Assembly (NCBI GenBank): GCA_023231475.1
Contig: JALJEE010000735.1
Coordinates: 1-64,000, forward strand
Reading direction: 5' to 3'
Source: Seison nebaliae
Lineage: Eukaryota
DNA length: 64,000 nt
How positions within the stretch are numbered: the stretch's first letter is position 1; the number at the start of each line of letters is the position of its first letter. A program made the position numbers and the translations under genes. Positions 55,681-64,000 of this stretch are shown here, piece after piece. Below the pieces are notes generated by a model. The model was given only the letters and a program-made list of their open reading frames with translations. It did not search any database and was not told the DNA's origin.

Positions 55681-56580
55681 ATCAGAAAGATAATGATCAT
55701 TAATATTAACGATTTGTGATCGACATGATTGTTTAATCAATAAATAAAACTCATCTCTTTCTGCCATTATTGAATGTTGTCTAATCAATTTTAACTTTGA
55801 ATTTCTCCCTAAATTAACATGACTTTCGAATGACTCGTAAAACATCTCAAAAGATTGAGATAATATTGATATCTGTATAAATCATCAGTTGAAATGTAAT
55901 TTGCAAAGTGGATAAAAGAGAAAATTTTAATGTTTATTTCAATAATTCACTCACAAACGTCTCACCAAAAAATGAGCATTTTAAAACTAAATTTACTCTT
56001 CCAACTCCAATTCTCTCTACTTTCTTGGAAATCTAATGGCTACTCAAGCGTAAGAAGAAAGTAGATTTGGTTTAAGTAATTGAATATTGCTGTTGAGCAA
56101 CCAATAGATAACAATTATATTAGATGACATGATGAATTGTTGAATAAAAACGCTCATTAATGATTAGTAAATCTGTCTCTATTAATAAGTGAAATCTTAA
56201 CACAAACATTCATCGAAACAATGAATTAAATTCATTTGGACATTGATCAAAGTCCGAGATATCATTTCCTCATATCCCTTCGATTTTGCATTGAAAGTGT
56301 ATGTTTAGATAAGAAAAGAAAACCTTCGTCATAATTTGATTGGAAAGAATTAGTAGTTTAATCGAAAATAATTTACTCATCCTGTCATTTCAACATACAA
56401 CACGCTTGTTGTTATTAGTTTCTCACTGATAATGATCTATGTTTTAATGATGTTAAGAAAGATAATTATAGGATGGAGGGTCATCCTTAACTAATATTTA
56501 TAGGAACCAGGAAAATCATCATACAATTGAATTTGTTTCATCTTTAGTATTCTATTGTAGTTCTCCAACTTTAACAAAAC

Positions 56581-58344
56581 ATGTCTAATTACGAATATAG
56601 CCAATCATCATCCTGGTCATCATCATCCTCATCAGAAGGCGGTGATGCTGGTTCAGCAGCTCAATCCATCTTCAAAGCATATCTCGCTGCATCTGATTTA
56701 GGTGGAAGTGGTGGAATTAAAGGTATTGGTGCTAGATCATACCCGGCCGAACCAATGGGTTCTGCCTCATTCGGTAGTTCAGGTGATGCGAGTGCATCAT
56801 ATTCAGCATCCTCTTCCTCTTCATGGGAATCGAGTGGCGCATCAAGTGGTGCTGCCGACTTCTCTTCTGAATCTTACAGTTCAGGAGGTGCCGCAGGTTT
56901 TGGTGCTGAAGGATTCAGTGCTGGAGGAGCATCTTATGGTGCATCAAGTGATGTTGCTGATTTCAGTAGCGGTGGTTCCTCTAGTTTCGAGAGCAGTTCG
57001 TCCAGTTTCGAAAGTTCATCATCCGGATCTGCTGGATATGGTAGTGGTTTCGCAGCTGGTGGTGATGCTTCATATGGTGGCAGTAGCTTCAATTCTCAAT
57101 CTGTCGAAGCATCTGGTTCATATGGTGCTGGTGATGCCGGTTCATCACATACCACATACAAGTACAAGATCAATTATGATCCAAATCCTCAAATTATCCG
57201 AAAAGATAACAAAGAAGATGTCGTTTACAAACAAGAAGTTGCTGTTCGATATTTGCAACCACCAACTCCTCCACCAAATGGCCCATTGATCATTAAAGAG
57301 GTACGAGGTGCTTCAATGAAAGCCGGTCCACCAGTTGTTATTCGACAACGACCAGACAACCCCAAAACACCTCTACCATTGGTCTTACGTGGCCCACCAC
57401 CAAAAATGCCACAGGCAATGAAACAACAAGTTATTACTCGTAAATTGAAGGGAGGTAGTCCACCACCTCGACGTGTCATTGTTGAACGTTTACCCAAACT
57501 TCCAGCAAAACCACGAGCTTTAGTCGTAGAAAAATGGTTACCATACAAACAACAAGCACGAAAAGTTGTTGTCCAAAAAGCTGAAGCTGCAAAGAAAGCA
57601 GAAGCTGTGAAAAATATGATTATTCAATGGAATAATCCACAAGTAAAGAAAGTTCAAGAAATCATCAATCTCGGTGTTATCAAAGCCAACCCACAATTGT
57701 ACATCACTAAATATCGATCGGACTTCCGAGATGAAGGCGCAATCAACTCCGCTTTCTCCCAATTCGGATTAACAGCCACTGATAAACGTATTTCAGCTCC
57801 AGCTGAAGTTTTGGCTGAAATCAAACGAAATAATGAAATGGCTGCTGCTGAATTAAAGAAAGCTACTGCTACATTCTCCAAATTCGAATCATCATCATCT
57901 GGTGGAGATTATGGTTTAGGAGGTGCTGCTGCCGCTGGCGGTGAATCAGGAAGTTCATGGTCTGCTCAAGAATCATCATCCTGGTCGTCATCCTCATCTG
58001 GTGATGCTGGTGCTGTTGGTGGAGATTATGGAGCATCAAGCTCCTACTCATCAGGAGGAGGTGCTGATTTCGGTGGAAGTTCTTCTTTCGAATCATCTGC
58101 TGAATGGTCATCATCATCCGGTTCAGGATCTGCAGGAGATGCTGATTTCTCTGCTGCTGGTAGTGTTGGATTTGGAGACGCTGCAGGAGGAGGAGAATCA
58201 TATTCATCTTCATCATCCTCTTCATATTCATCATCGTCATCATCAGGTTCTGGTGCATTTAGCGGTGGTTCTGCCGAACTTCGAGCCATCATCCAGAAAT
58301 ACACTGTTCCTGGTTTTATCACATTTGAAGTGAAGGGTGAATAA
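56581..58344 (+). CDS. Intronless 587-aa protein: Gly/Ser/Ala-rich head and tail flanking the same Pro-rich core as 17040-18353
   Basis: Single ORF, elevated GC, frequent C-ending codons; core INYDPNPQIIRK...YKQEVAVRYLQPPTPPP...RRVIVERLP...EKWLPYK; TATTTATA at 56495-56502. Confidence 0.88.
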   Translation: MSNYEYSQSSSWSSSSSSEGGDAGSAAQSIFKAYLAASDLGGSGGIKGIGARSYPAEPMGSASFGSSGDASASYSASSSSSWESSGASSGAADFSSESYSSGGAAGFGAEGFSAGGASYGASSDVADFSSGGSSSFESSSSSFESSSSGSAGYGSGFAAGGDASYGGSSFNSQSVEASGSYGAGDAGSSHTTYKYKINYDPNPQIIRKDNKEDVVYKQEVAVRYLQPPTPPPNGPLIIKEVRGASMKAGPPVVIRQRPDNPKTPLPLVLRGPPPKMPQAMKQQVITRKLKGGSPPPRRVIVERLPKLPAKPRALVVEKWLPYKQQARKVVVQKAEAAKKAEAVKNMIIQWNNPQVKKVQEIINLGVIKANPQLYITKYRSDFRDEGAINSAFSQFGLTATDKRISAPAEVLAEIKRNNEMAAAELKKATATFSKFESSSSGGDYGLGGAAAAGGESGSSWSAQESSSWSSSSSGDAGAVGGDYGASSSYSSGGGADFGGSSSFESSAEWSSSSGSGSAGDADFSAAGSVGFGDAAGGGESYSSSSSSSYSSSSSSGSGAFSGGSAELRAIIQKYTVPGFITFEVKGE

Positions 58345-58962
58345 TTCTTCTCTTCTTGAAGTTATTTAAATTTATACTAAACCTAAGAAACATTTCTCAA
58401 TATTTCTATTTTATTTATCATTTATTGCTTCTTCCGCATAATTGCTTAATTTACGCCTATTTTAGTTTATCATAACATTGCTTTCTCATTTATAATTGAA
58501 CCGATTAAAATATCCTAGAAATGACATTTCTCTTATTCCAACAAAACTACTTTTGAAGACGATTTTTAAATTCTGAAATTCGTTAAATTGTTAATTCATG
58601 AAAGATATTTAATAGTTTCACAATTTAATTGAATAATTTTATTTATTTATTATAAGATTAAATCCCCTCGGGCTAAATTAAAAATAAAATAAGATAACTG
58701 ACTGTTCACATTATCATTAATTTCTTTCCAATATCGATTTCATCTCGTAAATAATTAATAATCATTTCTAATTATAATAATTCATTATTCTTTCTTTAAA
58801 AAATTGAAAAAATAGTTAAACTTTTTATTGACAATGAATGGAAATGAAAAAGAATTAAAATTATCAGAATGAAAATGAAAGAAAATTTCCCCATGACAAT
58901 TGATTGAATTGAAACAGATATTTAATTTCACTAATAAACAGAATGATTGCATCTAATATATT

Positions 58963-60785
58963 CTAATAATTATTTGGTACTGGTTGATATGGAGCATACT
59001 TCTTTTTCTTATTCGATATCGTCATCCCACAAAACCCGATGGTTAAAATAATAAGTAAGAATAAAGCAGCAATGATGCCCATCATTATAAATTCTCCTAA
59101 AATAAAAAGCAGATAATCAAATGATGAAAGATTGAATTAGATTCATAAAATGAAATTATAGTTCAACGAACTCTTACTAAACGGTTCGTTTGATAACAAT
59201 TTACATTCGTTCACAATATTCTTTGGCATACGATCAGAATATGAATTCCACAATTTACCTACAGTACACGGAGCCGAACAATCTTTGAAGAGAAAGTTAA
59301 TGAATTAAAATATCTATTCGATTCTTTACTAACGAGGAATGTTCAACGGTTTCAAAGATACTTCATCAATCGTATCATTTCGAGCGAATAATTTCACGAT
59401 AAACTTATCCACATCTTTCCATATCGATAAAATAAGATGAGATTTAAGAAAAATATGAAACCATCAATTCCTATCGGTTTGTGTAATTCGAAAACGATTG
59501 CTGAAGCATATGGCAACACAAATGGAGGATCGAATAAATCTAATGTTTCGTACATTGCCGCCAAAGTAATATCATGCTAATAGATAATTAATTAAAAAAT
59601 TTGCCGATCGAAATTTAACTGCAGAATAAATGATCATTTTTGAATTGGCTACTTTCTCGTCTTTCTTGTAATGATATTTCATATTCTCCAAAAAATTCTT
59701 TAACATATATCCTACAATAAATAGAAATGTTATTATGAAATTCAATTTTCAATTTAGTTCATATGTAGAACCTCCTCGTAATTTTTTCATTTCTTTATTT
59801 GCATAAAATACAGTGAAGAATTGACGACTTTGATTGTAAATATAATTGAAAGTCGATTCATTGAGCCAGGTCGGTAAAGGAATATTATGTGCTTTCTAAA
59901 ATGAATTGAATTAACATTTCAATGAAATAAAATAGAAAAATGAACTCTACAAATTAATGTATCACTGATTGTGTCAAACGAGTCATATGTAATATTTGGA
60001 ACGCCAGTCCATTTTTCCAAATATTGGATCAATTCCTGAAATTGAAATTTCATAAAACTATTCCATCCAAATAATTAAGAACTTGATTATCTCTCATGAA
60101 ATTGGTGACCAATGATGATTCGAATGATTCATTGAGGAGTTTTGAGAATTTTGGACAATAAGAATTGACGTTCAATAACTGAACAAATTAGAAGATAATA
60201 TAAATCTAAAATGAATTAACTTGATCATGATAAGATGATTCCGTATGAATTGGTATTGGTTGCCATGGCATATTAGTCATCCATATGTCATGAGATGTCA
60301 CTGGAGGATATAAACCAGATAAATGAGCTTCAGCTGACATTAAAGTTCGATCTTTATCGGTACTGCGAATGTAAAACTGAAAATGGATTATCGATAAATT
60401 GATGATGGATTAATTGGAAACTTCGGAGATATCGAATGTTGAATTTAATAATGAATTGACATAACGTTTATTCATAAACTCTCCAAATTTGTGATGTTGT
60501 CGCTTACCAATATTAGTGAGTTCACCGTATGTCACATTCCATGAAACCTGATCGAATGGTAATGGTTTCAATGGTGATCTATCACCATGACGAAAGAGCT
60601 AAAGACAAATTTGATGAAAGATATTGTATTAGAGAAATCGAACTAACATATTGGACTTGAACCAATTGTGTTTGGTTCTGTTTGAAAAGTTTCACATCAG
60701 AAATTGAAGGGAATGCTTGCACAAATTGAAAGAGGATAATGAGAATGAGACAAATGAAAGACAATGAAAATATTCTTCTCTTCAT
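58963..60785 (-). CDS. Lysosomal/prostatic-type histidine acid phosphatase (ACP2-like), 11 exons
   Basis: Signal peptide; spliced LFRHGDRSP; IRSTDKDRTLMSAEAHLSGLYPP; WQPIPIHT; IYSA|HD; PYASAIVFELH; C-terminal TM helix and cytosolic YQPV (YxxPhi) motif; 10 GTT-AG introns. Confidence 0.95.
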
Positions 60786-61258
60786 TTTCAATTGATATTT
60801 AGTCCATCGCACAACTGTAAATGAAGAAATGAAAATTGTTAATAACTACTTTCTATAGATCATTTGAGAGAGGAATGGGAAGGAGATTGGATCAAAGGTC
60901 AAAAAATTTCAATTTCCCCCTATCAATTTGAAGCATAACTGAAAGAAATAAATAAACATTTATTTTCTAATGCACCTACGTCTCATGTCAATCATTTGAA
61001 TTAGATACTTGACAAAATGGAAAATAATAAAAATTTTATAATTTCAAAATAATCATTAATAATTAATCAAATAAGTTGGAATATAATTTTTCTTTATTAT
61101 TCATAAAAAGAAAATAAGAACTTCTTTTATGAATTAATATGTTGAAGTAATTATCCAATTGGAAACAAACTAATATTCACAATATGGAAATTGAGATAGT
61201 TTAGGAGAAATAATGTTTTTTCGAGATATTCTTCACTTTTTATATGTATAAAATTAAC

Positions 61259-61284
61259 CTCTTCTTCTTCTTCTTCTTCTTCTT
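61259..61284. repeat. (CTT)n microsatellite
   Basis: About 8 CTT units seen directly; (ATTC)n near 61308 and (ATT)n near 61480 lie in the same intergenic region. Confidence 0.85.
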
Positions 61285-61728
61285 GAATGACAGCAAATAG
61301 ATGTAATCATTCATTCATTCATTCAATTCCAATCGAATTATTTCTTTCTCCAATTTAATTTAAAATAAAATAGGAAAACTAATTCGATATAATAAATGAA
61401 TTGAATATTTGAATAAATTCACAATGTGTGAAGCAAACTCATATGTTATTGATATATGATCTTCCAAATTATATTTATGATTATTATTATTATTATTATT
61501 ATGATGAGATGTGCCTACGTAGCTAGAAACGTTTGCATTAAGCTGTTCATTTCTATATTTCATTTTTACTTATATTTCCTAAAGCCGAATTTGAAGAGAG
61601 ATATGACATAGTTGATGAGTCGACCATTGGCATTAGTCGATTAGAAGAATAAATCAAATGGACAAATGAAATAAATTTAAATTGAATTTTTAGTTTAAAA
61701 GTAGTTCGTTTCCAAAACGATAAATGCC

Positions 61729-63249
61729 ATGTTGAGAAATCGTTTACCACGACTATTTTCTCGGTTGTTGAGTCAGGATGTTCGAATTGAAAATGGATTA
61801 AAGAAGGAGAGAAATGTTCCGATATGGAAATTGAATGAAATTGGAAAGAAGATTCCATTAGAAGAATTAATCCGTTTGCGTGGATGGGTGAAAGTGAAGA
61901 AGAAGATGGGCAAACATTTCTACATTCTCAAATTAAGTGATGGAACGACAATCGAACCGTTACAACTGATCATGAGAAATCTTACAGAGAAGGACAGAAG
62001 AATATTGAAAGAAATCCAATATGCAAATGTGATCGAATGTTGTGGATTATTGAGATTAATTGTGGATAAGAGACATTCCCGAATTCAATTATATGAATTA
62101 GATGTGTTGAATAATTCGATGAATATTTTGTCGATAAGTGATCAATATCCATATCGATATAAAACGGATAAAACTAAAAATATGGAAATAAACAAAATAG
62201 TTGGGAAGAATTCGATGATGGATCTTTTAAGAAATGAGGAACATATTCGAATAAAAGAATCATCAATATTACAAAGTGTTATGAGAATTCGATCGAGTTT
62301 ATATTCTACCATCAATAATTTATTTGAGGAGAAGAATCGATCTTTCGTTACTACACCAACATTCACGTTAAATAATTGTGAGGGTGGATCCGATTCATTC
62401 GCTTTAGCCAATAAACAATTCTTTTCAAATCAAAACATTTTTCTCACAGTCAGTTCTCAATTACATTTGGAATGTTTGGCAAATTCGTTAGGAGATTGTT
62501 ATACTGTGGGACGAGTTTTCCGTTCAGAAAAATCATTGACGAGAAAACATCTCGCTGAATTTGATATGTTGGAAATGGAATTTCAAAATATTGATTCGTT
62601 ACCCGATTTAATGGAGAAGATCGAAGAGGATTTGAAAGATATAATTCGAAGAGTTATGTTAAAGAAAGAAAAGGATCTGATTAATGCCTTATCTAATTCA
62701 TCCGGATCCACAACAGAAAAAATTAAGAATTTAAAAAATTTATTAAATGAACCATTTATTCGATTAAGTTATGAGGAATCCATCAACATATTGAGAGAGA
62801 AATGTAAATTATCAATTTCAGTAGGTGATGATATTGGTGGGAAAGAAGAAAAAGAATTATTCAAATATCTTCCATCAAACATCAGTGGAATATTCATTTA
62901 TCGATGGCGAAAGGAAATGAAATCATTTTATATGAAATCTTCAGAAGGAAATGGAGAATTCGTTGAAAATGTCGACTTAATTCTAAAGAACGGTGGCGAA
63001 GTAGTTGGAGGAAGTCTGAGAGAAACGAATTATGAACAATTATTGATGAATCTCAATATCGAGAAAATGAAGGAAAAAGAATTGAAGAAATTGTCAATAT
63101 ATTGGTATCTGCAATTAAGACGATGTGGATTAACTAATGTTGGGGGATATGGAATGGGAATTGATCGACTTCTCTTGATATTAACTGGAATGACGACGAT
63201 TCGCGATGTTGTTCCATTTCCTCGCTTTTATAATAATTGTAAAAATTAA
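61729..63249 (+). CDS. NARS2: Mitochondrial asparaginyl-tRNA synthetase (intronless)
   Basis: Arg/Leu/Ser-rich presequence, OB-fold RGWVK, CEGGSDSF, FLTVSSQLHLE, FRSEKSLTRKHLAEFDMLEME, GEVVGGSLRE, WYLQLRRCG, GGYGMGIDR, IRDVVPFPR. Confidence 0.95.
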   Translation: MLRNRLPRLFSRLLSQDVRIENGLKKERNVPIWKLNEIGKKIPLEELIRLRGWVKVKKKMGKHFYILKLSDGTTIEPLQLIMRNLTEKDRRILKEIQYANVIECCGLLRLIVDKRHSRIQLYELDVLNNSMNILSISDQYPYRYKTDKTKNMEINKIVGKNSMMDLLRNEEHIRIKESSILQSVMRIRSSLYSTINNLFEEKNRSFVTTPTFTLNNCEGGSDSFALANKQFFSNQNIFLTVSSQLHLECLANSLGDCYTVGRVFRSEKSLTRKHLAEFDMLEMEFQNIDSLPDLMEKIEEDLKDIIRRVMLKKEKDLINALSNSSGSTTEKIKNLKNLLNEPFIRLSYEESINILREKCKLSISVGDDIGGKEEKELFKYLPSNISGIFIYRWRKEMKSFYMKSSEGNGEFVENVDLILKNGGEVVGGSLRETNYEQLLMNLNIEKMKEKELKKLSIYWYLQLRRCGLTNVGGYGMGIDRLLLILTGMTTIRDVVPFPRFYNNCKN

Positions 63250-63691
63250 AATTTATTGTTATAATTAAATAATTATTATATTTAATTGTTTTTTCTGAAT
63301 TTTACAAAAAATTTGAAATTGTAAAATTATTGAAAATTAGTTAATTTTAATTTCGCGAAATTTTAAAAGAAAAAATTTTTTTCAATATTAACTTTTGATG
63401 AATTAAGAATGAATTGAAGGCTTTTATCAATTGAGTTTATGAAAAATATATCAATTAAAAAAAATATCAACATTTCTTTAAATAGTCTACCTTTAGAAAA
63501 TATTTTCAAAAAATCCAGATTCAAAAGTTCTTTAATGTCATTTAATCGAAAATTAGAACATATCGATTAATATAAATATTAAGCTTTACTATTGGATCTA
63601 ATTTTATATTGAAAATAAAATTAATAAATAAAATAAAGAAAAACCATACAATGGCTAAGCTTATTTACTTCGATATTTCCGATAACATAGC

Positions 63692-64000
63692 ATGGTAGAT
63701 ATTGGTTTGTTGAATGAAGCTTACATTTTTGAAACTAAATTCTGCTATTTTCAAGCAGAAGCTAAAAGAGTTTTTCCTTCTCAGAAAACACATTGTGTTA
63801 ACTTTTAAATTTTAAATAGAGAATATTAGATTGAGATGGACACTTCCGAAGGAGATGTTGAAGATGACAATTCGGAGTCCAACGAAGATATAATAAATTC
63901 ATCGGTCGAAATTCATCGTAGCGCGCGACGGCGACATCATATGGATACGGCTTTCATCTTCCTCAACAATCATCCATTCTCACCATTATCAGGAAAAAAA
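63692..64000 (+). CDS. 5' part of an unidentified gene truncated by the window edge
   Basis: ATG at 63692 with GTT-AG introns 63705-63755 and 63770-63829 gives MVDIAEAKRIEMDTSEGDVEDDNSES..., open to position 64000. Confidence 0.45.

Noticed and set aside
56702..58333. Overlapping alternative-frame and antisense ORFs (195, 136, 129, 107 aa) in the Gly/Ser gene
   Set aside because: Expected from repetitive TCA/GGT/GCT codon use that depletes stops in other frames.
61729..63249. Horizontal transfer of the intronless Asn-tRNA ligase
   Set aside because: It has a mitochondrial presequence and host-like composition, and other native genes here have few or no introns.

Overview
AT-rich eukaryotic (animal) genomic DNA, gene-dense, standard genetic code, with many tiny spliceosomal introns (mostly 40-60 nt). 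A rotifer/syndermatan origin is inferred, not proven, from two paralogous intronless proline-rich genes of a type I associate with rotifers. Hand-spliced genes in order: RRP12; a ~1245-aa protein with two alpha-crystallin-like domains; an orphan signal-peptide multi-pass membrane protein; proline-rich paralog 1; PIGW; a coiled-coil protein; a type II membrane protein with a mini collagen segment; FTCD; a GT7 beta-1,4-glycosyltransferase; a RING-finger membrane protein; a C2H2-like zinc-finger protein; CFAP47; Gly/Ser-rich proline-core paralog 2; a lysosomal-type acid phosphatase; mitochondrial Asn-tRNA ligase; and a truncated gene at the right edge. Three small non-autonomous inverted-repeat elements are present. 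Most notable: (1) 5' splice sites are almost all GTT instead of the usual GTR; (2) a 256-bp duplication next to a MITE appears to have separated two convergent genes whose stop codons overlapped; (3) the paralogous Pro-rich structural-protein candidates; (4) RFX X-boxes before CFAP47 and the orphan membrane gene; (5) a UGC-preceded 27-nt microexon in CFAP47. All gene models were derived by eye, without database searches or RNA data.
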